Source of the DNA: Phoronis australis
Lineage: Eukaryota; Animalia; Phoronida
NCBI GenBank assembly: GCA_002633005.1
Contig: NMRA01000163.1
Coordinates: forward strand, 280,071 to 344,070
Length of the DNA stretch: 64,000 bases
Reading direction: 5' to 3'
Program-made: the position numbers and the translations under genes
Notes under the pieces: model-generated
Database searches by the model: none
What the model saw: the letters and a program-made list of their open reading frames with translations, nothing else
Told to the model about the DNA's origin: nothing
Part shown: piece after piece, positions 28,801-43,299 of the stretch
How positions within the stretch are numbered: position 1 is the stretch's first letter
Layout: every line of letters begins with the position of its first letter

Positions 28801-29230
28801 TCCGCCACAGGCGTATCAGCACAGGTATGCAATGGGAGGTTATCCGCAACCAATGCCACACTGAACATTTGTGCTGATTACGGTTGCAATGATGTTGAAA
28901 TCAGAATGAACTTTGACACCACGCGACTTACCACCCCGGTGAAAGGTACTTTTTAACCTAATGGAGAGTGATTTTCCACCAAGTGCAAAGTACTTTCCTC
29001 CGGTATGGAAAGTAGCAAAAAATTCGTGTCACAGGCAGCCGCAATAACAAGTAGATATCAGTGTTATACTTTGGTCTTCAATATGTCATGGGATTATTCA
29101 TGTATATACCGGCTTTAATTTTTAGTTTTAGCAGCAACCGAACTTCAACTGCAACGACAGTTATCGTAAGCTATAAAGGTTTGGAAATGCAAATGCAAAG
29201 TTATGACCCTGTGCCATCTTTTCTTTCCAG

Positions 29231-29498
29231 TCCTATGTAAACTGCTCACTAGGCGTCCACCATCTTGGATTCACTATGGCTTGCTTTGGAACGACCAGCG
29301 CTCTTACGTCCATAATTATCGGCCATATTGGACAACACATAAAGAGATTCGTCATGATGTCTGCCGGAGCACTGTTTCACCTTGGATTGCTGGCAGTCCT
29401 GTCGCTCTGGACACCCGACGGAAACGATATACCCATGTTTTACGTAACCACGGGATGTCTGGGACTCTGTGATGCCATATGGCAAACGCAAAGTAATA
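29231..29498 (+). CDS. unc-93: UNC-93-like protein, coding exon 2
   Basis: Acceptor ttctttccAG|TCC. Reads SYVNCSLGVHHLGFTMACFG...GLCDAIWQTQSN, continuing GDFTR/SYV as in the UNC-93 family. Phase-1 donor A|GTAAGT at 29499. Confidence 0.92.
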
Positions 29499-30463
29499 GT
29501 AAGTCATGCTTTTATCTCTCCTTAAAATGGCTCGTCTTATTCTCAAGCACTGAATTGTACAAAAACAACGCTTACATGTAATGTATTAAAGCGGTTCACA
29601 AAATAATTTAATTTGAGATGAAATAAAACGTCGTTCAATACAATTACGGCAACCAATTTGAAAGATGTCAATGCTCATTGCCTCAGTCTGTCTTAAGTTT
29701 CAACGAACGACTATCGAGAAAATTCGATCTTTCAGAAAATTAATGGGATAATGTCTTTTAGACAGCCTGAGAATTTCCGTCAATAGAATCCCTGCGTTAT
29801 TACTTACATGGTTATTGCTCTTGTCTTGAGTGTCAATCATAGAGAGACCTAAATTTTACAGTTCAGTTAACAGTAATGACATGGAGGTTCATCTATGTGT
29901 GCCTTAATGTCGGGTTCACGTTTTCTCCCGGAAAATTGCTCGGTTTCAAGTTAGCTAAAATAAGCAGCGTGACTACTGACAAAGAAAGTCCATGAAGAAA
30001 TCAACTGAAAGGAGCAAACTACGCTACTTGCACATGCTTAAAGGTGTCATAACTGCACGCCTTCAGACAAGAAAACTACAGCTTTGGATTTACAAATTAA
30101 ATCATCTCATAACTTCAGATCGGCACTGACGGTCTGTCATTGCTCCGGAGCAGTGCTCGTTTACAGTGTACATATACACCTGTAATTGCTTGCCACAGCG
30201 GGTTAGTAGCTGCCACTTAACTTGCAAAACAGACAGAGGAAGTTCCATCATGTGTTTTATTGTAAAAAATTTCAACTTGAAAAAAAGTACGAAAGCGATG
30301 ACGTTGCTGTTGCTTTGGAAGGGCAACTTTGCCTGTAAAAAGGTATGATGGCATCCTATGATTTATAGCCGCTTTACAACTACATATGGCGATAAAACAT
30401 GAAGCAATTACCCGAGGTGATCAAGTAATTAGCCAGCTACATGTAGCTTGTAGTGTTGAATTG

Positions 30464-30607
30464 CATGGGCGGCACACCATAGGGAGCTGGGGGGCTATTG
30501 CCCTCCACTTTTTTCAGTGCTAGGCCGCACATGGTCTACAGGCGGTGTACCAAAGGGGGGCTGAGGGGTTTTAGCGCTCCACTTTTTTCAATGCTGCCCC
30601 GCCCATG
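30464..30607. mobile_element. GC-rich CATG-ended element with internal tandem duplication
   Basis: AATTG|CATGGGCG...CGCCCATG|AGTTG (TSD 4/5 match). Two internal units both end CTCCACTTTTTTCA.TGCT. Confidence 0.6.
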
Positions 30608-30784
30608 AGTTGTGGTACTGAATTCGCTGTTACCTTTCTATAGTAGCCCTTAAACGAAGACTTTTTGCCGCGAGTGCAAGGTAATACATTGCATCTTGTG
30701 GTTTACGCAAGGCAGTCCTGGTGATAGGGTTTAATGAAAGATGGCGAGAACGGGCGCTTGCTGATTTCCTGGTGAAATGTTGTG

Positions 30785-31330
30785 ATCGAACTTACAGGAG
30801 GCACAGAACAGTTCTCACAGGGGTTTGCCTATCAGAACACATTTCAATAGACTCTTCACCCTTTCTTCACTCTGTCAAAAACTGCATGCAAATAAAGAAA
30901 AAATTTGAGTCATTTCACATCACAGCCCTACAGATGAGCACAGAAACTTTATTCTCTCTTGTATTTTTGACCCTTTCACTCCCATTGAAAACCAAGCTAG
31001 ATTACGAAAAATAGGGGCAAAACATGTAAAATAGACACTTTTCACCCCAAAACTACCACTTCCCGGCCGATGGTCGACTAAAGCCAACATCAGATTCCGA
31101 AGGCAATTTTCCTACCAATTCCAAAAATGTGGTCCAAAAGCACTGTCCGCCAACTAGTTTTTTTTGCAAATCTGGCTTGTTTGAGGGTTACCTGAAATCG
31201 CGGCTAATTTATCAGTTGCCACTCAGCAACGCACAATTGCAACAGGGGGCCGACATCTTGAAGAAGAGCGCAGCTACAGCCAAGAAAGTGTCCTTTTTAT
31301 TCTCAGCGTGTTCACAAATACAAACAAACC
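30785..31330 (+). repeat. Dispersed repeat family B, copy 1
   Basis: Long inverted similarity to 43300-43815 (translations LTGVCLSEHISIDSSPFLHSV vs LTGVCLLEYTSTDSSPFLHSV). Boundaries are approximate. Confidence 0.7.
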
Positions 31331-31669
31331 ACATTCACTAGTATATGGTAGTATATTGATGTAATACGAAAGCAACGACCATTTTGAGGAAAGAATTGCG
31401 AATACAATAGTTACCTACCTGAAAATTTCGAGCAATAAAGCATGGTCATTGAGGTAACGTCGACTGAGCTTGGAGCACAGACCTTAACTACTGTAGAAGG
31501 TCGATAGTTAGGTACATCGGCACAATATTTTGCTTTTCACATTGATTTATTATTTTTGTTACAAAATGTTTTGATTTATCAAGTGAAATTTTTTTTGTGT
31601 CGCACATTCACTGGCTGTCGTGCGATTAGAAACATGTTCAATTTTGATCTACGCCTTTGTCATTTTCAG

Positions 31670-31914
31670 GGCTATTTGGCTTACTCTTTAAAGAAAACCA
31701 AGAAGCAGCGTTCGCCAACTACCGGATGTTCCACGCTAGTGGGCACGCGCTTGCATTTGGATACAGTCACTTCCTGTGCGTTGACGTCAAAGTTTACATT
31801 CTCGGTGGCGTACTCATTACCAGTTTAGTATTTTATGCACTCCTAGAAGTGAAAATGAGGAAAGTGCTCTCACAGACGAATGATACCGTGGTGGGAAAAG
31901 TGGTAAATGTGTGA
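31670..31914 (+). CDS. unc-93: UNC-93-like protein, coding exon 3 (terminal)
   Basis: Acceptor cattttcAG|GG is phase-compatible with exon 2 (A+GG=Arg). Reads LFGLLFKENQEAAFANYRMFHASG...VVNV-stop; the EAAFANYR motif is typical of UNC-93. Joined CDS is 1653 nt (550 aa). Confidence 0.92.
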
Positions 31915-33267
31915 TGAACACGTAATCGTGACGTGTTGGTACAGGTGTACGTGGCACGCGGCCATGATACCTCGGGCTGTCGAACGACGATGGTCTTAGA
32001 CTTCGCCAAATTACCGAATGTGTGTTTTGCGATGAAAGTGGGCCAGATCAAAAGAGTGAATAACGGTGTAGAATACATGTACATCCCGTTTTATGACGAG
32101 AGCCACAAGTGTTATACGGCCGACACCTTAACCAGGGATTTACTATAGTGATTCGCGCTGATAATGACAGCAGTCGGGTGACAATCACAAAATAGTACTT
32201 TATAGTTCATCTAATAAGAGTGAGTGAAAGAGAATCAAAGAGTCTAGGCTCAATAAAGCTAGTAAGTTATCTGCAGAGTTTGATTTCATAAAACTTCTTT
32301 AATGTGGTTATGCAATAACATCATTTCTAAAATGTATCGTGTCTTGAATGTCTATTCAGGATTCGCCAATCTCTAGGCTAGGCCTATTTGCTAGTGACGA
32401 GAGTGCTGGACAGCAAACAGACAGGTCCCCGAATCAAGGTCCACAACTACCGTGTACTTGTGCTGAAGCTTTTTGACAACAGAAAACGGCCTGACATTTT
32501 TGTAAATAGACCAGTAATAGATTTTAGAACTGAGGTTATAAAACTCTAATTTTGATTGTTAATCCCAATGTCTAATGTTAGATGTGAGACGATTCCCGGC
32601 CTATCATCACCGAGTGCGGCTATTCTGGCAGTCAATCAAGACACGGCTGATCGATGTCTTAAAAGCGTCCAACGATGCTTTTGTTATCACCCAAACCGAC
32701 TGTCGGAAAATTCATTTTGACAGGTGGTACACTCTTGAAGAGCCGAAGTCACATTTTTCAGGGCAGGGGTGTAGCTGTGCTTACAAAGCCCATATTTATA
32801 CCGAGAGCTACTGTAGAACAGTGTCCCATATTTACATGTATATCTACAGTAAGAGGCCTTAGAACATTGTCCGTATTAATTTTACGCTTCATCCAGAAAG
32901 GTTATCCTCCTGTCCAGGGACCGGGGCTTTCATTGAAGAAATGTATGTGCCCCGTGTAGATTATTATTAGATAGATACTTATATCATGCAAAAATGTTGA
33001 TCTGTCATCCCATTTCTATGGCCACTTAATATAAGATGAAAATATTATCAAAATGGTAAATAAGCTATATGCACTCAAATCTGTGCAAGAAAATTTGAGA
33101 AATGCAATCCCTCTCATTGGCAAGTCCTATATTCATTTTATTGACCCCCCTTCTCAAGGGTAAACTACGATTGTTTAGTGACTCTTGGCCACGACGCCAG
33201 CGATTGACGTTCTAGATAATCTCCCTATCATCATGTTCTACGTTTATGCAAGTAATGCACGAAGAAT

Positions 33268-34556
33268 AAGAGAGTTCACTCCGCCATCTTTTGATTCGCC
33301 GCAACGGTTATCGATCGACAAACTAGCGCTCCAAGCGGCGAATAAGCAACACTAATTTACCGGCGCAGTCCTAACCATGTAAACACTGATAAATTCATAA
33401 TTTAATGACGTTCGACGTGCAGTAAAATTACTGTGTGATTGAAAGCTGCTAAAATACGTAAACTAACATCCGCTTATAATCGAATGAGAATTAAAATGTG
33501 TGTTTTAATCAATCTTAAAGTGTGTTTGCTTTCATTCTCTTGAAGCTCCCTCCAAAAACCATCATGGTTTTGTTTCATGTTTGAGTTCGTTATAAGGCAA
33601 ATTGCCGTTCCTCATAACATTTCATACCTCCACGGACTACATAATTTTAGTGATTGCTCCTGGCTGTTCAGTTGGGAGTCACCCTCAGGTGCCAGCAAAG
33701 GAGTACAATTGAGGAGTGAAACCTAGTGTGCGCTAAATGGGTGTTGACCCCCTCAGTCCAGGGGGGTACATGGGAGGAGTGCTAAACAGGTAAAACACGA
33801 TGGGGTATGCCACATGAGTGTTGAGACCCCTCCCATCGTCACAAATTTTGGTTGTTTCTCTGACCATTGACAACATGTGCTGAGGTGATGATAAGATTTG
33901 GCCCTCGTTTTGAGCATGACCCCAAGGATTTTTACTTGTAATGATTGTAGCCATCATGCCCCAGTACAATCCTGGGTGTTTTCCAACTTGTCACTACAAG
34001 GTGTTCCCAGGTCACTGCGAGTTTCATAACCACCCAACAATTTCGAATGTGTTCCCCTGCTGTTGAATACGCCAGGCTGCTACCAGAGCAGACAATTGGT
34101 TTGTGCAGTAGGTGTAACACAAGTAAGAAGAAGAAAGACAATTCAACAGTAGCACAACACTGTATTCTATTCTGGTGAGCTCCCTGACATACAATTTTAG
34201 TAGACGAACTTTAACAACAAAGTATCTGCAGAAGACAGAGTGTAGCCTGTGCAGTGGCCTACACTGAAGACGACAGTGGCATCGGGACTGCAATCGACTT
34301 GTCTTCCAACCGCGAACAGAACACAAATTGAAAGACAGTGTATAATATTATTGAATAACAAATAATCCTTACATTTCTGGATCCTCAGGAAACGCAAAAA
34401 ATAACACGTCTGGGGTTTTCGTGTGTGAATTAGTGCAATTTATTGCATTGCCAAGTGCGCCCTTCCCCATTGTTCTCGCGCTTCCTTCTTGACCGTTGCT
34501 TATTCACCACTTAGCGGCGCTATTTCAGTGTAGCGAACTCACACGTGAACTCTCCT
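33268..34556. mobile_element. Non-autonomous DNA transposon with AT TSD (ISL2EU/Harbinger-like)
   Basis: AATAAGAGAGTTCAC (33265-79) versus GTGAACTCTCCTATT (34545-59) is an inverted repeat with 1 mismatch, including the flanking AT. There are also subterminal inverted copies of TAGCGC..AAG.GG.GAATAAGCAAC. Confidence 0.6.
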
Positions 34557-37204
34557 ATTGTACTGCACTCCGTGGTTTAAGTGGACGATGGCGCCACCTG
34601 GAGGAAACGGATTACAACTCACATGCACTCGCCCATACACGCTTGTTTCTGTAAAACCCAATCAAAACATTGCATGAAAAGGTGGAAAGAACTATGTTTT
34701 TTTTACTTTAACAGGCATGTGTTTCGCGAAAACGCAAGATCACGTGAGACTACAAGAGATATCGCCAAGTATTACAAACGCTGCCCCTGATCCCTGGCAG
34801 ACTAGCTTCTTTCGATCGCGAACCTTGCGTCTGCGGAACTCAACCTACGTGTTCACTCTACGCAGATATCACCCTGTCATACTATTCAAACTGATAAATT
34901 TACCGCCCACAAAGTGAACGCAGGTTAAATGTACGCAATTCGCTTTATTTTCGGTGCCCTGCTAGGGTGCTCGCATGCCGAAAAACTTGAAGGCAAAATA
35001 AGGCTGTCGTGAGTGGTCGGTACGTGCGAAGGATTTATTGGGTATAATTCGACTTCAGAATGCTGTAGACGCTTTTACTAGAATCAAGGTGTCCCAATAA
35101 TGTTGACAATAACTACGCTGTAAACTGACTTAGGAACACAATCATTGATTTAACACATAATAAAGTGATCTTTTTGATCATCTCATAGTGAATCACTCAA
35201 TAACTGTAAACGTACGTCTTTCAAAGAAAACTAACGCGTTGCTTTTTTTTCAAGAAAAGCATTGGCGTATTGCACGAATGGATAAATGCAGGTTTACAAA
35301 TGTTCAAACTCACAACCACCAGGTTCCAACCACCATCAATAACGCCAAACAATAGAATCAACAGCACACTAATCATTTTATTTAGAAGTGCTAGACAAAC
35401 TTTCTTTTTTTAACTTGACAGTTGCTGGTATTGATATTATATTACCTGTGTACTTTCTTGACGTTTTTTGAATCTCCAGGACGATTGCCAGATTAAACTT
35501 TGCGTTTGTTTGTCATTCCGGTGCAGACAGAACACGTAGCGGTACGCGCGCATACAGTAAGCCTAGGTGCTCTTGTCTAGTCTGAATGAATGAATTTGAA
35601 CTACTGGTATACTGAAATGTGAATATATTTTTGAGACACACGTGCCACTTTGCATGACCCGTGCTTAGTACAATCCCACCACCTTGCGGCAGCTGCCTTG
35701 AACCGATGGTACTCATAAAACAGTTTATCGGCACGCAGGACTTAATTCACAAACAGAGACCAAATTGAAGACAAATGCACTGAATTCTAAATTTGCTTTG
35801 GTGTACGCTGTTATCATAAAAGCTAAAGCGGAAATTTATTTTTTTTTTTTGAAAAGTTTACCGTCCCGCGTGGAAACCGGCGACGTGCCATTGGAATTGT
35901 GTTAGTGACAGTGGTGAAAGTGGATGTGGTGCCTAAAAAGACGCCTTTTGCCTAAGGTGGTTATAAAGTCGCCGGCGATTTGCCAAACATGATATTGATA
36001 TCGTCACTACTGTGAGCCATTAGTTCTTAATGTCAACCACTAAACCGAGCTAACGCCTATTTACAATTCTTGAAACTGGAATGTAGATCGAAAAAGTCGT
36101 TAACAGGCACCCGTTTCGTGCTTAATTTATTTTCATTGGATGTCTGCCTCAAAAATTTTAATTAAGTGGCGATATTAAATCAGGTTCCGTTTATGCTGAT
36201 ATCGCTGGCCTGTTTATGATATCTTCGCTGACGGTCGGTTCAGCAACAAAAGACGTCTTATTGGAAATTAGCTGATAAATCAGCAAAGATTCTGTAAGCT
36301 ATAAAAAGCCCAACGTCAAGTATATTGCCTGCCATTAACTATGAACAGGCGCAATAAACCCGTACCTTAATTCTGTCAAAAAACGAAGTTTCTTTTAGTC
36401 AACTACTGTCTTAAAACAGGAATTGTCAACGAATCCCATGAAAGGCCTACATTACTATGGGTGTCGATAGTGAGGTGACGAGGATCTTTTCAGGAATACT
36501 GGCGCGTGACTTTCGTGAACAATCCGTCAAAACACACCGTGACTTGTAAACCGCAATATTGATAACATCTAGGCTATGCGCGACGTTTCCGGTAAACAAC
36601 ACAACAACCACTTAGCCTTGGAAGACATTATCAGAATAGTTACATGTATTAAAATCGATTAAGAAAGGTCTTTAAACGAAAGAAATACACTCACAGTTAG
36701 TATTTTTCTGATTCTGGTGTGAGGAGTTCAGCGTAGTAGTGCTCTCGTTACCGTTAAACTTTATTCGAGACTCGACTGGAAAATTTACAAAGCGCGTCAC
36801 CCCGCGAGTAAGTTTTCTAATTTCAGGTGCATGACCAGCGATTAATCGCCTCAAGTTGAATTTTAGTTAAATAAGGTCCGATAGTCATGTACCCATAGCT
36901 TCAAAAATAAACTATTCACCTTAAGCAGGCATGGAACACTAAAACTCATAAAAATACCCTTTTAAACATAACGAATCTACATTTTGCTAACGTGAGAGTT
37001 ATTCACTTTGAATATTGCAAGAATTTCTAGAAACAAATCATTGGATTCACTATTTTTGTAACCCAGACTAAATGGAAACTCTTTCATCCCAATACAGTCA
37101 AATTCTCAGCCCCTAATGATATATATGTTGCGCAAGAGCTCAAAGAAGATGGACGGGATGCTGATTGACATAACCATTGTTTTGTTTACATCAAAGATCA
37201 AGGG

Positions 37205-37445
37205 TTTGCTACACCAAATAAGGAGATGATTTGCCTTGTGAGAGAAAAGTCGACGAAGTTACGAGCAGTTGACAGGTTGCTTTTTTGAAATTTGAAACTA
37301 AAGGAAAAATGCTTTGGCATCAACAGAAATTCAAAATGTTTACGTACAAACGATAAAAACGCCTGGTGAACACTTTGACTTCCTTTTACGTGCCAGAGAA
37401 CCAATTTGAATAATTACACCTGTTTTTCACGTTCCATGCCACTTT
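37205..37445 (+). repeat. Dispersed repeat family C, copy 2
   Basis: Direct match to 3600-3830. Confidence 0.7.
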
Positions 37446-40400
37446 AACTTCATTGAAGAGTCTAGACCGGGTACGCTATTGTTTCTACATCACACAGAGT
37501 GGAATTGATAACATGGGCGTGCCTATCAAATTTCTAGCTTCGATCGCCTGAACCCCAGGCGGATTACCAAAAACCCAAAAACCCGTGGTACTCAATTTCA
37601 CATGTAACCACACCTTTAAACGATTCACTCCATGGTCATAAATGCTTGAACTCGGTTACCAAAAATTTTGGCGTGATATTTTCAGCATTTCCTCCTCAAT
37701 CGGTGTTCTTGTAATCAAGAAATAAATCCCAAAATTAAAAAAAAAATGTTTGACGTCGTCAGTGGAAGTCCGGTCTCAGCCATTGTGTTGTTCTACATAA
37801 GTTGAGAGCTGGAGTGGTCTCGAAAAGAGTTGAATATTGCCCGAGACGAGTATTATGAAAAGAAGGTGCGTGTGCAGAATATGCATTAATAGCAATAGGA
37901 CAGACGATGTTTCAGTTTTTGTATTTCCAAAAGACCATACGATCACCTAGAAATGGAATAGGTTCGTACATGTACATCGGTATTGCAGTACACGGTGGAG
38001 CAAACGATCAGGTCAGGGGCCACGCTGTGTTCAGTCCATTGTGGAGAATCTTGCTTCGACCCGTCACAGAAGCGGAAATTTGATGAAGGTTTCTCCAGTG
38101 TGTAAGTGCATTTGATGGACAATGAGAGTGTATTGTGTTGCACCATTTCTGAGAACGAGAGTGTCAAGCACTTATTGAGTAAAAGACGAAGCATCAAAAT
38201 ATGACTGGGATAATGAATGAGATTGCAGTAAGAAAGTTCTCATCAGTTTAATCTTGATAAAGATATTGTGGAAAAGCATTCTGTCCACATACATGTATAC
38301 TTCAATGCCCAATAGTACAAAATGGAACGTAAATGCCAGGCAAATAATTTGAGGTCACAACTCCAGGCGACACAGAGGCTGGAGTAGGACACTGGACCGA
38401 AATAATACATGAACGGAGCTTTCGTAATTTTGGAACAGACAAGACGAGTGTCACTTACCAGAAATAAAATCAGTTAGCATCACAAATTATTAGATATCGT
38501 TGCACGCGCTCGGCTTTCGATAAAATGAAATCATTGTGGTCGCTTTTCGCGACAGGGCTTTGACATTCAGGGTATAAATTTCGGTTATAGATTTACAGTT
38601 CGAGACATATACACATTATTCGACACTCAAGTGGCTAGAAAGTTAAATCGTGATTCAATAAAGGCTATATTTTACCTTTCAGGAATGTCAGGTGCGAAAT
38701 GGGGACTGTCCGCTGACTGAGTAGGTTCCAACTCAACTTCGCTGTCCGGAAACGCCGGCTGCGGGAGGGACGAGTTTGTACAGCCCCAAACACGCAAAGT
38801 CTGCCGATACGGCGAGGTCTTATTTATTATCTTCTTGCGCCGCTTTAAGCCTTCGTAACTTTCAAAATCACTACTATCCTATTTTGCATATATGCTGTAA
38901 ACTACATGTACTCAACGCAACGTCTTCCACTGATGACGGACGTGACGGGAAACCAAAAAATCATCATTTTTATTTATAATTCATCAATCATTTCCTAAAA
39001 TAAGTGTTTATTAGTTAGATATTGCGTTCTTATTATATACTGTTCAAAGCCTCAAAAAGTGCATTACGCGGGCGCTAGCGTTTTCGTGCTGCAATATTCA
39101 CGAGTTTTTTAAAACTACCAGTAGTGAACTTCAAATCACCTCCTTTCCGCAATTACATTTACTAAATGTTCATGAAATAGGATGGGCGGTAGGAGGTAAT
39201 GCGATTGTAAATCTGACAAGGTTTAAGTCAATGAATGACAGGGACACAATTTATTTTGGGACAAGCATTAGGTGACATTATCGGCAAGAAAAGTCATTTT
39301 CTGAGATAAGCCTCAGGGCAGATTGGAGCCTGCAACATCCGTGTTCGCATTCTAACACTCTGCTGGCGGAGATGAACTTCGCTCGACAGGGGGCATGGTA
39401 TTTTAAGCTTATTTTATCGGTAAAGTCACCGGATTCAGGCAGCCAGCGGCAAGAATTGGCGATTTTTGTTGTTTTGTTGCTCTGGTCAAAGCTCCCTACT
39501 CCAAAAAGTCTATCCTATCCGACCGTACTTCCCAAAAAGCCCCTTTTCAGCTCGAGTCATATTCATATACAGTAGCTGTTTAATCTCGTCTTAGATTGAG
39601 GTGCATGCATTTAGTAAGTCCATAATGCACATCTAATAGAGTTAAATCAATTCCACAAACAAAAAGGCGGCACATCTCGATTTTCCCATTTGTTGCAGTG
39701 TTCAGGCACTTGGTCATGATAAACATAGCAATAAAAAGAAACATTTAGTGTTCTGATTGCTATCATTATGAAAAAATAAACGAAACTGAAGAATGGGTAT
39801 CAAGATAGGTGCAAGCGTTCACTTTGATAATATTTTTACACTGGTAGCAAAAGTTTATTGCCAAAATAACAGAATGATGCGATCATAGTAATAGATTATT
39901 ATGAAACAAAATTCGCCTCTTTGTGACTGACATCATTGCACTTGCTTAGCGATGGACATAATCATTTTGTTCTACTTGCAAAGTAAATCGCTTGGTTGAT
40001 ACCATTGTGAAATGTAGGAGACCAAAACCAATATATAAGCAGGAAAAAGAACAGAAGTTAACAAGACAGAAAGCTCGAGGCAATCAGGATACAATGACCT
40101 GGACAGCTTCGTACGTTTATAACTTGGACCAGAAATTACTCATTGTTCGTAAAATTAATGATGATAAAATGTTGTGAGTCAGTTACATGTATCTCTGTGT
40201 ACACGTAATTGAAATGGCAATGCTCTTTCAAACTATTTGTTTGAGTGCCTGGAAAATGATAGTATATATTTTGATAGTGTGAATACTTTTGACTTATCCA
40301 ACAACTTGGATTAACCAGCTGGTTTGTGCTGAAAAACATCCAAATGAAATCTTAAAATGTTGCAAAATGTGATCATAAATTAAAACTTTTAGTCTTGATT

Positions 40401-41511
40401 TGGTCTGTATATCGGAATATTACCACTTAATTTTAAGGCATTTGGATAATTTGGTATATTTCTTTTGATACTCTAAAATGCATTTTGAATTTTTTATCCG
40501 ATTTCAAAAACGATATTTAAGACCCACGCAGTACCAATTGGGCCAAGCCAAAGTCGCAAAATTTAAACTCGCGAATGATTAAGTTGGTCAATCTTTTTTT
40601 CATGTAAAATTTTGAATGCAAAAGAAAGGGCTTCACAACACAAATTAAAAAAAACAATGTTTTTCAAAAATGGCGCAGTATAGGCCTTTGACAGAGGTGC
40701 GTTCCGTTGACTCAAGATTCTCGCGAAAAAGCAGAATCACGCAATAGCACGAAAAACCGTGCGAGTGAAAGAAGAGAGATTCGTGAGTATTTTTTCACGA
40801 AATCACACATGACTTGCTTATTGTTTTCATTGAACTTATTAACTGAGGAAATATGCATATATATATACAACAGATATTCAAAAAACGCAGTAGTTCAATT
40901 TTTGCAGTATTGGAGAAGGGGTGAAATATGACAATTTTTTTCATACGTTTGCCACGTGAAATATAAGGTCTACATTTTGTAAAGTGTCACCTCGTCACCG
41001 TGTTATGTAAATGACTCACTGTTGTGCTATGAACCAGATACTTTAAAATCCACAAGGATTTGTGTTTACAGAGTTCACTGAGCGGTGTGAGGGAAGACAA
41101 AAATTTCTAGATTTTTAAAAAATGCCATGGTGAGGGCAAACTTTTTTATCACTGCTCCGAATACTCCCATACTTAAATGCCCTCGGCACACCCGTTCACT
41201 TTACAACCAATAAGTAAAGATCCAGAACACAATGGAGACAAAGAGAATCTCAGAGAAATGCGCATAGTCTTTCAGGGATCCCATATTTTCTATGACAGCT
41301 TTCCTGTTGCTCATTATATGTACCAGTTGACTCCACTAAGATTTCGTTTTTACAGAAAATGTGCGATTTTCAAATCATGAATTAAAAACGCATCTTCCAG
41401 CCTGATACAAGAAAAATTGAATTGCATTGCCAGGTGAAAGTACTCACGAAACGTTTTCCTACAACCCTGAGGGCTCACTGGCTATATACAGTATGATATT
41501 CGTCGAACTCA

Positions 41512-41757
41512 AGGACCGTTCAAAAATTGACTTAGCTAAGACAAATTTTTAACTTAAATCTATTTTAAGATAAAACATAAGTTTGTCTTAAGTCCGTTCC
41601 GAGACAGCGATTTTAAGTTTGGCTTATGTTTATGGCTTAAATGTTGTCTTAAATTTGACATAACTTACCGGATGTGGAAGTTTTAAAGTTTGGAGGTCGA
41701 GACAAATCCTAAACTTAATCAAAAATGAACTCAAGTTGGTTTCCAGGAACGAGCGCC
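41512..41757 (-). mobile_element. MITE family A copy (inverted)
   Basis: Reverse-complement match to the 61176 and 44538 copies (GACTTAGCTAAGACAAAT...). Confidence 0.7.
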
Positions 41758-43299
41758 TGGTCTCTAAAGTCAAGAGTCCAAAACCACTACACTGCAAAGG
41801 AGTGCTATCTGTGCTACGCACTTCGATTAATATTTTAAAATGTTTAAAAAATAATGTGGAAGTTGGTTGTGCAGGTAGGATGCCCTTTTGGAATGAGTCT
41901 TTGTGATGATCTTGTGGCCATGAATGCTGCTCATTTTTCAAATCTATAATTGTGTGATGGGGCGTTGCGTCAGTGCGCGCTAACTCAACGCTGACTGCGC
42001 GCAGTTTTAGTCCATAAGTTTTAGAAGCATGCAAATTAGATAAAGACGCATATAGCTACCGATGTGTGTAATAGGTGACAAAAACCTACTAAGCGTCACT
42101 GACGCCGTGGTGAGCGAGTAACAAGAACCCGATTTTTCAAATAATAGAAACGCTTTGATACAAAATGAAACTGAACAGTTTGCAAACTTCATCCAAAATC
42201 TGTCAAATTCTGAATTGTGGAAACTTTACTGTAGATTGTCAAATGATCCTTGCCACCAAAATTAGGAAAGTTGGGTTCTTAAGATCGGTTTTCTATACAG
42301 TCTGTAGCCTGACTCTTCCAGCAGACAGCCACTAATTGAAGCGCGATGTATATTCGCTCTTTGAATTTCTGTAAAATACAAAAAATGTACAAAACATAAT
42401 CAAATGACGTAGTTCAAATGAAATGCGCAAGTGAAAATAAATGACTCGTAAAAGTCAAGATTCTGCCGTGCGTCACGTGCGCTTTTCAAAACACCAATCC
42501 AAAGTTTTCTATAGAAGCAGTAGTGCAAACAAGACCAACCGTTGCCACACAATCTTTACATTTCAGAGTACTTGTACGAGACAAGTTATTTCCGTGTGAA
42601 AATGCGAAAACTTGAAAAAATCTTACGGCGATGATACGACTGACAAACTGACAGTTTTCTAGAAAATTAATGTGTTTTTCAGAAGTGGTTCGTGGCTGAG
42701 CAGTTTTTTATGTTTTTAAAAGTACTTTAATAATGCAGTCTTGAAATTGTGTTTTTATGTATACGGAAATGTTTTGCGAATGCAGACAGTTACAAGAAAA
42801 ATTATTCCTTGTCTGGATTTGATTTGGACCTTGAGTGATGGCGTACATTGACGTAGTATTGTTGTATCACATCTGTATGTACATGTACAACAACACTTCA
42901 GACTACTCTAATCGAATCCTTCAATGAAGTGTGCGAAAACTATGTTAAACAATCCATTCTCTCTTCTCTGACGAAGTCACGAACGTCAAATGTATCACTA
43001 ACTTGGTTGCAAAAGCGAATACTTTCATACCACCTCCGCAGATACTGTAGGTACAACACACCGCGCACGCTTAATTTTCAAGGCAATACTCACCCACCTG
43101 ATTGTTCATGATCCATAACATAACGTTGTTAAGCCATCGACTATTATTAGGCTGCGATCAGCTTATCCAGCACGATTATCCCATGAATGACTACGAGCCA
43201 TTGCTGACACTGAACAGCTAGGTTGTGGTACCAAAATATTAAAATCTATGGTTGGGCCAGGCTTAGGAACTCTTTTGGGGTAGGAGTTGCACGTAGTCT

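Noticed and set aside
38925-38955. CTGATGA...GAAAC hammerhead-like motif
   Set aside because: Stem II does not pair and stems I and III are absent.
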